Of a stretch of DNA of 41,918 bases, positions 6,878-16,186 are shown piece by piece. Below the pieces are notes generated by a model. That model was not told the DNA's origin and made no database searches. It saw only the letters and a list, made by a program, of their open reading frames with translations. Positions within the stretch are counted from its first letter, which is position 1; the number at the start of each line of letters is the position of its first letter. The DNA lies in the IMG/VR virus record IMGVR_UViG_3300045988_009872; one strand, written 5' to 3'. A program made the translations under genes and the position numbers. The stretch is from a virus.

Positions 6878-7115
6878 TGTTCTTCTCCTTTCGTTTCCGT
6901 CCAACGATAATTTCTACCAGTGTCAACAGCCCAGTAAAGGCTTCAATGATGCCGCCCGTACCCAGCAGGTACGGGAAGAGGTTGTCCCACTGCCACCCTT
7001 TGATGCTGTAAAAGATGACCGTGTAGATCACAAAAGCGGCGATGAAAATGCCAACGATAATCAAAATGATGTTTCTCGTTCGCAATTTCGATGCCTTTTT
7101 GATAAGGCGCTTCAT
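6867..7115 (-). CDS. small two-TM membrane protein (second holin-like, XhlB position)
   Basis: ORF 6867..7361 trimmed to the ATG at 7115 (ATGA overlap with the XhlA-like stop). Translation starts MKRLIKKASKLRTRNIILIIVGIFIAAFVIY. Confidence 0.7.
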   Translation of the reverse strand: MKRLIKKASKLRTRNIILIIVGIFIAAFVIYTVIFYSIKGWQWDNLFPYLLGTGGIIEAFTGLLTLVEIIVGRKRKEKNNEI

Positions 7116-7414
7116 CCGACCGCCCCACTCAGCAGCCACGCGATAAACGCGCCCGCCAGCGCCGCGAGAGCCTTGTCGACCAAACTGTCCCAGCGTTTCC
7201 CCGCCTTGCCCGTGATGGTCTTCACGTCCTCCTTGATCTCCTTGACGTCGCCTTCCACGGTCTCTTGTTTTGTGGCCAAGACCTCGACCGACGTTACCAG
7301 CCTGTCGAGCGCCACCTGATGTTCTGTGAGTTCGTTGATTCGGTGCGTGTTGCTCTTGCACCTCGATTCGATAAGCGCAATTGCCGCGTCGTCATAATGC
7401 TTTGCATTATCCAT
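7112..7414 (-). CDS. xhlA: XhlA-like lysis-associated protein (coiled coil plus C-terminal TM)
   Basis: Architecture and position match PBSX XhlA. The C-terminus is LAALAGAFIAWLLSGAVG. Confidence 0.6.
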   Translation of the reverse strand: MDNAKHYDDAAIALIESRCKSNTHRINELTEHQVALDRLVTSVEVLATKQETVEGDVKEIKEDVKTITGKAGKRWDSLVDKALAALAGAFIAWLLSGAVG

Positions 7415-7438
7415 ATCCCGCTCCCTTTCTGCGGCGTA

Positions 7439-8239
7439 TTACACCGCCTTGAAATAATTCCCCACCAGCTCGTGCGGAAGGTATTGCAGCGTGATCTTGC
7501 CGCCTGCCTGCTCGCCCGTGCGCTCGCAGAGGTAAACCTTGCCGTCCTCGCCGTCGAGGTAATACTTGCCGTACTCGTACTCCATGCCGCGGCTCGCCGG
7601 GATGGGGTCATCCTGCGTGCCCGCGTGCTCGGCGTCGATGACCGCCCAGAGAGCGGGCGTCTTGTCCGGCGTTCGGTCGGCCTGAGATGTATGCGCCTGA
7701 CGACACTTGTACACCTTGCCGCCGTAGCTTCTGCGGTCGCCCTCAGCGTAATCTACGGGGTACGCCCATGCTGTGATGAGTTCCGGCACGCTCGCCGCCT
7801 CGCCGTCGCTCAGGCTGACCGCCGCCTGCTCGATAATGGGGCGCAGCTTCACCGCGCGAGCGTATGTGACCGGCTCACCCGCAAGGGCGGTGACGGTCGC
7901 TTTGGCGCTCTCGGTTTCCGTGGGCTTGCCCATCTTGATCGATACCGTGCCGTCGCGGTGGTCAGTGATGGCCCCCGACAGGCTGTACGCGCTGTTGTCC
8001 CACTCGTTGACGACTTCCTCGGTCTCGCCCGTGGGCTGGCCGTCGTTGTCGTATTTGGGAACGGTGTCGCGCTGTACGATGCTCCACGGCGTGTTGTCGG
8101 GCAGCAGCGCCGCCGCGTCCGTGGTGGTCATCGTCAAGCGGATGTTCTTCACCTCGCGCTCGTTCCATTCGCGGTCTTTTAGGATGCCCGTGATGGTCGC
8201 GGGGTACTCAGTGTTGTTGACTTTGATGTATGTTGCCAT
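7439..8239 (-). CDS. tail-fibre-associated protein with CBM5/12-like carbohydrate-binding motif
   Basis: GGKVYKCRQAHTSQADRTPDKTPALWAVI resembles a chitin-binding type-3 motif. A second, weaker copy lies near the C-terminus. Confidence 0.65.
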   Translation of the reverse strand: MATYIKVNNTEYPATITGILKDREWNEREVKNIRLTMTTTDAAALLPDNTPWSIVQRDTVPKYDNDGQPTGETEEVVNEWDNSAYSLSGAITDHRDGTVSIKMGKPTETESAKATVTALAGEPVTYARAVKLRPIIEQAAVSLSDGEAASVPELITAWAYPVDYAEGDRRSYGGKVYKCRQAHTSQADRTPDKTPALWAVIDAEHAGTQDDPIPASRGMEYEYGKYYLDGEDGKVYLCERTGEQAGGKITLQYLPHELVGNYFKAV

Positions 8240-8258
8240 GTAATCACTCCTTTATCTT

Positions 8259-9704
8259 TTAGAAACAGAAGCCGAAGGCCACGCCACGCGCACTGTGCGC
8301 GATGTTGTAGGAGGCGCCGTAGCTGTTGACAATGCAGAAATTTGTGGAGTTGCTGCCATACGGAGAGCGCTCCCACCAGATGTACGCGTTTCCGTTGTAG
8401 CTCTTCACGTGGCTGTTGCCCGCCTTGTAGTAGTCGTACTGCGCGCCCTCGCCGCTCTTGGAATAGGTGCTTCTGCCGAAAATCTCGACCTCACTCAGCA
8501 GGAACAGCTTGTCCGCCGTGGTGTTGATAGTGGCGCTCTGGTTGCCCGCCGAGGTCAGCTTGTTCACCTCGCGGATGCCGCTTTGCACCTCAGTCGGCAT
8601 CAGCGCCAGAATGGCAGGCAGATGTGTACTTCGCATGGCACAGCTCGTCCAGCCGCCGCTGTTGGTGTTAGAGCTGTTCATGTTTTTTATCTCGCCGTAG
8701 CAGTCATGTAGCTGGAAGGTCAGCGGTGCCTTGCCTGAGCCGTCTGAATAGTCATCGTGGTTCTTGCCGATGATGTCGATCTGGTAGTCCACGCCGTTGA
8801 TGGTCATGGGCTTTTGGTCTGCTACCTTCCACGTTTCCGGCACTTCGTTGTTGTGGCACGCCGCGATGATCTGCTCCCATGTATTGTTGGCAAACACAGG
8901 GTCGTAAGACGGCTCAAAGTTGATGTCATACCCCGTCCCGCCGATAAGCGTCCTGCCCTTTTTGATGCTGTACACAGTACCATTGACGAGGCACTTCCCG
9001 CCCTTGACGGTGTAGGCCGTGCCGTTGATGAGGGTCTTGTGTGCGGTGAGGTTGATGGTGACAACGTTGCCGCTGTCGTCCACGAGGGTATTGGAGGGGA
9101 GGATGATGCAGGGGCGGATTCCGTAACTCTTTGTTACGGAATCACTATTGTAGGAATATCCGCTTACCAATCCGGCCGCATCACTATATTGCAAAGTGCT
9201 TATGGATCGGAGCCACCCCTTGGTGAGGGTTCCGTTATAAGTGGCAAGGTAGGCAGAGTTCTTGGTAATACTCTCTGCGAATCCGTCTAAACCCGCACCA
9301 TCCGCCGGAAATATATTTCTAAAGTTGAGTTCATAACCGCTAAGAAGAAACACTTTGCAGGACAGACCGTTTGCGCCGCTCTGCACGCTTCCGCCTTTTC
9401 CACCTTTGAGATATGGAATCTTCACCTGTTTGATCGCATCACGGATGTTGGCGTCAAACAGATTCAGGAACGTGCTGTTTAAATAGGAGTGAATAGAGCT
9501 GTTTTCGTACAATAACTCAGAATTACTATTCCACTGTCTCATCTCATAGCAATCCTTCATCAGCAGCCACGTTCCGTCGCAGCTTGCGTCATACAAGCTG
9601 CTCGGCTTGCCCTGATGCACCACGAGGAATTCCTTCCGCACACCGCCGACGTTGAGGTACACGGACGAGCCGACCGCCAGTGTGCTGATCGCTTTGTTCG
9701 CCAT
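8259..9704 (-). CDS. tail fibre / receptor-binding protein (DUF6273-like)
   Basis: Trimmed to the ATG at 9704, after AAGGAGGGAG. FLLS..E motifs recur, and a 14-aa motif (GTxYxxKxG) is repeated three times. Confidence 0.7.
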   Translation of the reverse strand: MANKAISTLAVGSSVYLNVGGVRKEFLVVHQGKPSSLYDASCDGTWLLMKDCYEMRQWNSNSELLYENSSIHSYLNSTFLNLFDANIRDAIKQVKIPYLKGGKGGSVQSGANGLSCKVFLLSGYELNFRNIFPADGAGLDGFAESITKNSAYLATYNGTLTKGWLRSISTLQYSDAAGLVSGYSYNSDSVTKSYGIRPCIILPSNTLVDDSGNVVTINLTAHKTLINGTAYTVKGGKCLVNGTVYSIKKGRTLIGGTGYDINFEPSYDPVFANNTWEQIIAACHNNEVPETWKVADQKPMTINGVDYQIDIIGKNHDDYSDGSGKAPLTFQLHDCYGEIKNMNSSNTNSGGWTSCAMRSTHLPAILALMPTEVQSGIREVNKLTSAGNQSATINTTADKLFLLSEVEIFGRSTYSKSGEGAQYDYYKAGNSHVKSYNGNAYIWWERSPYGSNSTNFCIVNSYGASYNIAHSARGVAFGFCF

Positions 9705-9714
9705 GTCTCCCTCC

Positions 9715-11328
9715 TTAGCCGAACAGCCAGTTGATGGCGTAGTTCTCCGTCGGGTCTGTCTCAACGTTCACGAGTGTCTGCTTGGTAATGTTGCCGCTCG
9801 CGATGTAGTCGCTGCCGCGCGTCGCTGCCACGATGCCGCCCGAGCCGTTGCCCTTGAGGAGGGAGGTGGTGCTCGGCACGTTCACGGACGGAACATTTAC
9901 CGCGCCCGTCTTGCCGTTGACGCTCGTCACGGGGTACGGCGGCGGGTTGTCGAGGGAATACTGCCGCTCGTTTGCAACGTCGGAAAGACCAACGTCACTT
10001 TTGCTGACGCTCTGCAATGCACTGTCTGCCTTGCCGAGGGACGTTTGCACGTCCTGCGCAAGGTCGCTCTTAGCAACCGTAGACTTAAAGGCCAGCGCGC
10101 CCAAATCGGCAAACCACTTGGCGATTTTGCCAAACAGCACAGACAGCTTTTCGCCCGTCGCAACGTTTACCCGCGTGGCAGCTGCCGTGAACGCTGCCGT
10201 GACGTTGCTGCCGTCGCCGGTCTTGTCCAGCTTATTGGCGAGCGCCGAGTACACGCCGCCAGACTGCACGGGGTTTGCGCTGCCCTGCGTAGGCGTTGCG
10301 TCAGTAGTTACTTTGACGTCCTTGATAGCATTGTCAACGTATGCAAACACGTCTTGATGCTTGCCCTGCGGGTCGTAGACGCTTGCAAGCATATCGCCCG
10401 CACCTTGACCGTTCGCGCCGTTGTAGACCTCGAAGTCAAACGTCGTGCCGTCCGTCAGGGTGATGGTATAGACGTCGCTTGTGCCGGGGGCATGTGTTCC
10501 GCTCTTGAGCGCGATGCCGGAAATGCCGTTGCCGGGTGCGCCCTTTGGGCCGGGAGCGCCCGTCTCGCCGCGCGGCAGGCCGAAGGCCAGCTTGTAAACA
10601 TTGTCCACGAGGGACTTGCTCACCGTGGCGGGCTTGCCCGTCTCAAGCGTGACCGCCTCGACGATCATGTTGACGATGGCGTCGCGCGCCGCCTGCGCGT
10701 CGGTCTTTGCGGTCTCCGCCGCAGACTTGGCAGATGCCGCGTCCTCGGCGCTCTGAGCGGCCTGTGTGGCTTTCTGCCCCGCAGCGGTCGAACTTTCCGC
10801 CGCCGCGTCCTTTGCGCTTTCTGCGGCTTCCTGTGCCGATTCCGCCGCCGTTTTAGCAGCCTGTGCTCCGGTCTGCGCACTCTCCGCCGCTTTCTGCGCG
10901 TTGGCCGCAGCGGTCTGTGCATCCTTTGCCGCCGTCTCAGACTTGGCAGCATTGTCCGCCGCCGTCTGCGCGGCCCGCACCTTCTCGTCAACGCCGGTCG
11001 CAGATGCAGCAGCCGCAGCCGCAGAAGATGCCGCTGCCTTTGCGGACGCGTCCGCCGCAGCAACCTTGTCGTCGATGCCCTGTGCAGCGCCCGCGGCCTT
11101 TTCAGCCGATGCAGCCGCAGCGTCAGCCGATGCCTTGGCGCTGTCGGCATACTCCTTGACGCCCTGCACCTCCGCTGCAACGGAATCCTTGGCATACTGC
11201 ACGACCTGAGAGCCTTTCAGCTTTTTCGCCTCGCCGCTCTGCTCAAGCACAAAAAGGTCTTCGTTGGTAATCTGTAACGCTTGCGTGAGGTCGGAAATTG
11301 CTTTATCAACAATTGCTTTATCAGCCAT
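9715..11328 (-). CDS. tail fibre protein with Ala-rich coiled-coil repeats and a short collagen-like segment
   Basis: A long AAxSAQ/AAKDA repeat region is followed by GETGAPGPKGAPG. Confidence 0.8.
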   Translation of the reverse strand: MADKAIVDKAISDLTQALQITNEDLFVLEQSGEAKKLKGSQVVQYAKDSVAAEVQGVKEYADSAKASADAAAASAEKAAGAAQGIDDKVAAADASAKAAASSAAAAAASATGVDEKVRAAQTAADNAAKSETAAKDAQTAAANAQKAAESAQTGAQAAKTAAESAQEAAESAKDAAAESSTAAGQKATQAAQSAEDAASAKSAAETAKTDAQAARDAIVNMIVEAVTLETGKPATVSKSLVDNVYKLAFGLPRGETGAPGPKGAPGNGISGIALKSGTHAPGTSDVYTITLTDGTTFDFEVYNGANGQGAGDMLASVYDPQGKHQDVFAYVDNAIKDVKVTTDATPTQGSANPVQSGGVYSALANKLDKTGDGSNVTAAFTAAATRVNVATGEKLSVLFGKIAKWFADLGALAFKSTVAKSDLAQDVQTSLGKADSALQSVSKSDVGLSDVANERQYSLDNPPPYPVTSVNGKTGAVNVPSVNVPSTTSLLKGNGSGGIVAATRGSDYIASGNITKQTLVNVETDPTENYAINWLFG

Positions 11329-11557
11329 CAGTTACCTCACTTTCTTCGTCAGGCTTCTCCGACGCTTCGACTTGAATTCTCAGCGCGGCAAGCTCGCGTT
11401 TGTCCTTTTCGTACTCCGCAACCTCGCGCTGCAAGATCGCATAAGCCTGTCGCAGATCCGTCTGCACGCTGCTGATTTTGCCAGCCTGAGAGGCAGCAAT
11501 CAGCACTGTGTCAAGCGTCCCAAATGCTCTGTCGAGTAGTTGCATTGCCTGTTCCAT
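11321..11557 (-). CDS. small coiled-coil hypothetical protein
   Basis: ORF track. Tightly packed between tail genes. Confidence 0.55.
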   Translation of the reverse strand: MEQAMQLLDRAFGTLDTVLIAASQAGKISSVQTDLRQAYAILQREVAEYEKDKRELAALRIQVEASEKPDEESEVTDG

Positions 11558-12280
11558 CTAAACACCCCTTCTCCATCCTGAGCCTGTACCGACCCACGGA
11601 ATGCCTTTGTAAAATTTCGAACCGTCCGAGCAGTAAAGGATACCTTGCCCAAATGCGCCGCCCTGAGAGAGCCACACGCGCCCTGTCGTATCTTCTACCC
11701 ACACGGCGTAGAGCGTGTACCCCTGACCGGGAGAACTCGTCATGCCGCTATACAAAACGATACTGCCACCCGGAGAATATACCGTGCCGGAACCGTCCGA
11801 GTTGAGCGACCAGCCCGCGAATGTATAGCCCGACCGCGACGGCGTTGTGCTCGGTAGATATATCCTTACATACCCTGTGTTGTTGGTCTCGCTGCCGTAC
11901 TGCGTGCTCGGCACGCCGCTGCCGCCGTTGGCGTTGAATGTGACGTATGCGTAATACGTTTTTGCCGGTGGCGGGGCGGTGGTAAATGTGCCATTATCTC
12001 TGTACTCGCTGAATGCCCAGCCACCCGTGGTGCGGTACAGCATATCCGCCGACCACGCATAGGTAACGCCGGGTTCAAGTCCCGTGATATCTAACGCCCA
12101 CGTGTTATAGCCGCCGCTCGTCTGCTTAGAATTAATTGTATAGGTGGTGGCTCCAAGTATCGTGACTTGCAGCCGTCTCGCGTAATCGTAATCTTCCGAG
12201 CCGCCTGTGAACTCGCCAGTTAAATATGCTTTTGTGCCGTCTCTGCTGTCCGGCGTGATCGTTACGCTTAAAGTTGCCAT
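11558..12280 (-). CDS. tail protein with FN3-like N-terminus and Listeria-Bacteroides repeat domain
   Basis: VTFNANGGSG...GYTFAGW...LYAVW is the Flg_new/List_Bact repeat signature. Confidence 0.7.
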   Translation of the reverse strand: MATLSVTITPDSRDGTKAYLTGEFTGGSEDYDYARRLQVTILGATTYTINSKQTSGGYNTWALDITGLEPGVTYAWSADMLYRTTGGWAFSEYRDNGTFTTAPPPAKTYYAYVTFNANGGSGVPSTQYGSETNNTGYVRIYLPSTTPSRSGYTFAGWSLNSDGSGTVYSPGGSIVLYSGMTSSPGQGYTLYAVWVEDTTGRVWLSQGGAFGQGILYCSDGSKFYKGIPWVGTGSGWRRGV

Positions 12281-12281
12281 A

Positions 12282-13361
12282 TTAGCTCACCAACTGCACA
12301 TACAGCTGCCCCGCAGCGCCGGTTCCAGAGGGCGCGGAAGGGCCGTAGCTCGACCCGCCAAGGCACAGCGCGCCAGCGAGCACGATGCGGTTGTTTTGCA
12401 GTGTGATCGCGCCGCCCGTGCCAGCCGAAAGAAACAGATTGCCCGCTGCCTGAATTTGAATGCCACCATACGTCGTTTTGATGCCGAGCCCGATGCCCGT
12501 CGTCGTGTATGCGATCTCGAGCGAACCAACTGCCGTGTTGCTGTTGGCAAGCAGTTCCACCGTCTGCCCGCGCAGCTTCTGCGCCGTGATAGAAGTGCTG
12601 TCAATGTACGTTGCGATCGCATTGTCGACCTCGCTTGCGCTCAGTCCCGCGTTGCTGTCAACGTAAGTCTTGGTCGCGTAAGACGATCCATCCTTTAAGT
12701 CACCCACGGAAATGCTGCTCGCCTGAATCTGGTTAGCCGTGAGCTTGCCGGAGATGTTGGCTGCGTCAACATACAGCGTGCTTGTCTCGATGCTGCTGCC
12801 CTTGATCTTAGTCGTGCCGCTCGCGTCGGAGATAGTCAGGCCGTCCAGCGTGGTTTTGACCTCGGTGTATTTGCCGTCGATGCCCTCGACCTTGAGCATG
12901 ATTTCTTCGCTGGTCTTGGTGATGAGGGAGCGAGCTTTTGCAAAATTTCTCTCGATCTGCCGCTGCGTCGGCGATTTGTACGGGTACTCGTCGTCAATCT
13001 CGTCCGCGTCCGGCGCGGAGATGTCCGGCGCGAGCATCGGATCAAACGTCATGTCCAGCGCGATGAGCGGCACGTAAATCCCGTCTACCGTCACCGCGTC
13101 GCCAAGCTCTACCGCAGGATCAAGCAGTGCCTCGCTGCCTTCGTAGCCGATGTGCTTGTAGCCGGAGACTTTGGCGAGGATTGCCGCCGCCATTGCATTC
13201 GTGCCGTCCGGCTGCAAGGCCGTCAACGTCCGTCCGGTGTCCGATCCGGACACACCAACCACATCGCCGTTCTCGTCGAGCAGCTCGACTTTAGTAATGG
13301 GCTGCGACGCGATGCCCGGGGAAAACTCCGCCAGCCGCCGCCCTAAATAGGTTTTGTCCAT
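12282..13361 (-). CDS. tail-associated (Tal-like) minor structural protein
   Basis: Its size, its position after the distal tail genes and its N-terminal region are typical of siphovirus tail tip proteins. Confidence 0.65.
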   Translation of the reverse strand: MDKTYLGRRLAEFSPGIASQPITKVELLDENGDVVGVSGSDTGRTLTALQPDGTNAMAAAILAKVSGYKHIGYEGSEALLDPAVELGDAVTVDGIYVPLIALDMTFDPMLAPDISAPDADEIDDEYPYKSPTQRQIERNFAKARSLITKTSEEIMLKVEGIDGKYTEVKTTLDGLTISDASGTTKIKGSSIETSTLYVDAANISGKLTANQIQASSISVGDLKDGSSYATKTYVDSNAGLSASEVDNAIATYIDSTSITAQKLRGQTVELLANSNTAVGSLEIAYTTTGIGLGIKTTYGGIQIQAAGNLFLSAGTGGAITLQNNRIVLAGALCLGGSSYGPSAPSGTGAAGQLYVQLVS

Positions 13362-13372
13362 GTTGCCCCTCC

Positions 13373-14077
13373 TTACACGAGGATGCGCACGCCACCAAAG
13401 GTGATGGCGCCGCCGGTCTCCGTGATAAGATAATTAGTTTCAGCGGGCATAGAGTTCAACCCGACCAGCAGCAGCTTCCCCTCGTCCGTGATGGTCCAAT
13501 TTCCCGCGTTGGCGACCGCAATACGCCCAAGCGCCTCGCGCATCGTCATGTCTCCCTCGCTGTCCACGGGATATTGCACCGGGAACGCCGCATCCAATAC
13601 CGTGCGGCTATCCACTGCAACGCCCATGCGCGCCGCGATGTCGGCGACCGCCGTCACCGCAGGCATCGGCCATGTTTCCGCGTCATAGCTGCTGTCGAGC
13701 CATGTATCTTCCGCCTTGAGCATCGCATCATACCCATGCACACTCAAAACGCCCGTGACCCGGTCGGTCTTGCGCGTGGAAAAGAAAAACACGCCTTTGG
13801 GAATCCACTCGCTCACCTGCTCGCCGAGTACCAGCCGCGCAAATACTTCGATTTTTGCCTGCCGTGGAATCGCGCCTTTTGGGTAAAACTCGACGTCGAT
13901 CTGCCGCGCCGAACAATTCCCAATGCCAAAGGTGGAATACAGCCCGCCATACACTCGTAAACTATTTTTTACGATGTCCGCTTGACTATATTCCACCCCC
14001 GCAATGCTTAATTTGGTTTCTACACGATGATTTCGGTCAGCAAGCAGTGTTAAGTATAAATCACTTACGCTGTGCAT
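13373..14077 (-). CDS. distal tail / baseplate-hub-like protein
   Basis: Second gene downstream of the tape measure. Called by position. Confidence 0.6.
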   Translation of the reverse strand: MHSVSDLYLTLLADRNHRVETKLSIAGVEYSQADIVKNSLRVYGGLYSTFGIGNCSARQIDVEFYPKGAIPRQAKIEVFARLVLGEQVSEWIPKGVFFFSTRKTDRVTGVLSVHGYDAMLKAEDTWLDSSYDAETWPMPAVTAVADIAARMGVAVDSRTVLDAAFPVQYPVDSEGDMTMREALGRIAVANAGNWTITDEGKLLLVGLNSMPAETNYLITETGGAITFGGVRILV

Positions 14078-14442
14078 TAAATCTCCCTCAACTGTACCGC
14101 GCCGCCCTTATAGCGCCGATTACCATCCACGCTGACCAGAGCGAACGCGGCTTCCAAGTCGCTTGTTACGCGCATGGTCTTTACTGTGCCCGCGCCGCTA
14201 TAAGGGTCGGTAAACGTCACGCTTACGGTATCCCCCATCAACGCATTGTAATATGCCGTGGATTCGGCTTCCGTCATCGGGAAAAATGATGTCTCCACAA
14301 TGTATCTGTCCTTCGAGCGGGCCGCGTGCTCCGTGTCATCCATTGTTGTGATGACCTTACTATAGCTCACCTCTCGCCGCACGTTGTAGGTGGACACCTT
14401 CTCGTGTACATCCAGCGTGCCGAGCTTCAGCATGATATCCAT
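14077..14442 (-). CDS. tail component protein
   Basis: Immediately downstream of the tape measure and adjacent to both neighbouring genes. Confidence 0.6.
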   Translation of the reverse strand: MDIMLKLGTLDVHEKVSTYNVRREVSYSKVITTMDDTEHAARSKDRYIVETSFFPMTEAESTAYYNALMGDTVSVTFTDPYSGAGTVKTMRVTSDLEAAFALVSVDGNRRYKGGAVQLREI

Positions 14443-15948
14443 TTACACCCCCATTGCTCGTTGGAGCTGCCTGTTGTATTTATATGCCGTCTCGCCGATT
14501 ACCTTCCCGTCAAGCACAGACTTCACAACGATGTTGATATCCCCGCCCATGCCGCCGAGGGAAGATAGCGCGCTGCGCATCTGACCGCCGAAAGATTGCT
14601 CCGCGCCGATCTGCGCCGCGCCGAAGTCCAGACCGCCAGTGATGCCGCGCTTAATGCTGTCATACTCGTTGTCCCAGCCCTCACCAAGACCCAGCGCCAT
14701 ATTCTCGCCGATTCCCGCAAACACGCGGGACGGAGAATGGATCCCCAGCTTGTTTTTCACACCTGAAACAATTCCAGAGAAGAAACTGCCGACTTTTTCC
14801 TTGATCCAGCTGCCCATTGCCTTGATGCCTTCCCACAAGCCCTTCACAATCTGTTTACCGACATCTACGATATCGGGGAGCGAGGAAACGAAGGTTTTTA
14901 CAATGGTCGCCATCATGTCAAGCACCGACCGAACGATTTGCGGCAAATTCTCAGCAAGGCCGCTGACGATCGCCAATACCATCTTCATGCCAAGCTCAAT
15001 GACCTGCGGCAATTTTTCGACGGCATAGCCAACAAATTTCTCAATCATCTCCGGCCCTTTTTCCTGCACCACAACGCCGATGTTTTCAAGAATTTTCTCA
15101 ACGACCGGCAGAAGGTTTTCCGCAACCGTCACGGTGCTTCCTAAGAGGTTCGTGGTGAGTTCCGCCATGTCGGCGTTTTCGTCACCCAGCCCCGTGATAA
15201 AGTTGCCATACGCCGCTTTCATCGACGCGATAGACCCTTGGATCGTCGTGCTGGCTTCCAGCTGCGTTGTGCCCGTGATGCCCATTTCCGTTTGCACGGT
15301 ATGGATAGCGTCAACGATATCCGCGTAACTATCGATGGTGTAATTGGTGTAATTGCCCTGCGCGGCGTTTAAGGCGTTCGCATCGTCCAAAAGACGCTGC
15401 ATTTCCTCCTTCGTGCCGCCATAGCCGAGTTTGAGGTTATCTAACATCGTGTAGTTCTGCTTGGCGAATCCCTGATAAGCGTTCTGGATAGATTCCATGC
15501 TCGAACCCATCTTATTTGCGTTGTCCGACATGTCGGTAATGGCCAGATTTGCCTTTTCCGCTGCCGCATCCGTGTCGTTGCCCATCGATTGCAGCAGGGA
15601 CGCAGAAAACGCCGTTACGGTGGTCATGTACTCGTTGGCGCTCATGCCCGCCGTCTGGTATGCGTTCGCGGCGTACTGCATGACGGTATCGGCAGAGGAC
15701 TTGAACAGCGTTTCCACGCCGCCGACCAGCTGCTCATACTCACCGTAATTTTCTACAGCCTGCTTTGTAATTGCGACCGCAGCTGCACCAGCCGCCGCAA
15801 TCGCAGCGCCGCCGACCTTTGCCGCCGTAGCAAGCCCACCTTTCAGTTTCCCTGCAAGCGTTTCCGCTTTGCTGCTCGTCTCTGAAAAGCCCTTGTCTAC
15901 GTCTCCGTCGTCTACGCTGATTTTGACAAATAAATCAAGTAGATTCAT
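14443..15948 (-). CDS. tape measure protein
   Basis: Ala/Gly-rich helical protein with a membrane-like segment, in the canonical position after the chaperone pair. Confidence 0.9.
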   Translation of the reverse strand: MNLLDLFVKISVDDGDVDKGFSETSSKAETLAGKLKGGLATAAKVGGAAIAAAGAAAVAITKQAVENYGEYEQLVGGVETLFKSSADTVMQYAANAYQTAGMSANEYMTTVTAFSASLLQSMGNDTDAAAEKANLAITDMSDNANKMGSSMESIQNAYQGFAKQNYTMLDNLKLGYGGTKEEMQRLLDDANALNAAQGNYTNYTIDSYADIVDAIHTVQTEMGITGTTQLEASTTIQGSIASMKAAYGNFITGLGDENADMAELTTNLLGSTVTVAENLLPVVEKILENIGVVVQEKGPEMIEKFVGYAVEKLPQVIELGMKMVLAIVSGLAENLPQIVRSVLDMMATIVKTFVSSLPDIVDVGKQIVKGLWEGIKAMGSWIKEKVGSFFSGIVSGVKNKLGIHSPSRVFAGIGENMALGLGEGWDNEYDSIKRGITGGLDFGAAQIGAEQSFGGQMRSALSSLGGMGGDINIVVKSVLDGKVIGETAYKYNRQLQRAMGV

Positions 15949-16186
15949 GTTTCACCACCAATCCGCACCGCGCGACCACATCGGCGGTAATCTCTTCGCA
16001 CGTTCTGTTGTCCTGCTTTTTCGGCTCAATAATGTCCGCATATCGCGCCTTGATGTAGTTCCCGCCCGCGTATCGCGCCGTGTTTTCGGCCACAATGCGC
16101 AGCGCGTCGGTCACATAGATGCGGTACGCCTCGGTTTTCGCTTTTTCATTGAGCCGCGCTGTGCAGTATCGCAGGAACGGCTTTAT
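15935..16186 (-). CDS. -1 frame extension of the tail assembly chaperone (gpGT-like)
   Basis: The -1 frame is open from upstream of the chaperone stop (16183-16185) to a TGA at 15935-15937, overlapping the tape-measure ATG. It translates to KPFLRYCTARLNEKAKTEAYRIYVTDALRIV... The slip site is not resolved. Confidence 0.5.
   Translation of the reverse strand: MKPFLRYCTARLNEKAKTEAYRIYVTDALRIVAENTARYAGGNYIKARYADIIEPKKQDNRTCEEITADVVARCGLVVKHEST

Noticed and set aside
9652-11277. 541-aa plus-strand ORF
   Set aside because: It is antisense to the Ala-rich tail fibre gene. The translation is Arg/Leu/Cys-rich low-complexity sequence produced by the GC-rich repeat, it has no RBS, and the minus-strand frame has clear fibre features.
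8259-11328. Diversity-generating retroelement targeting the fibre genes
   Set aside because: No reverse transcriptase gene exists anywhere in the window, and I could not see a template-repeat copy of the fibre C-termini.
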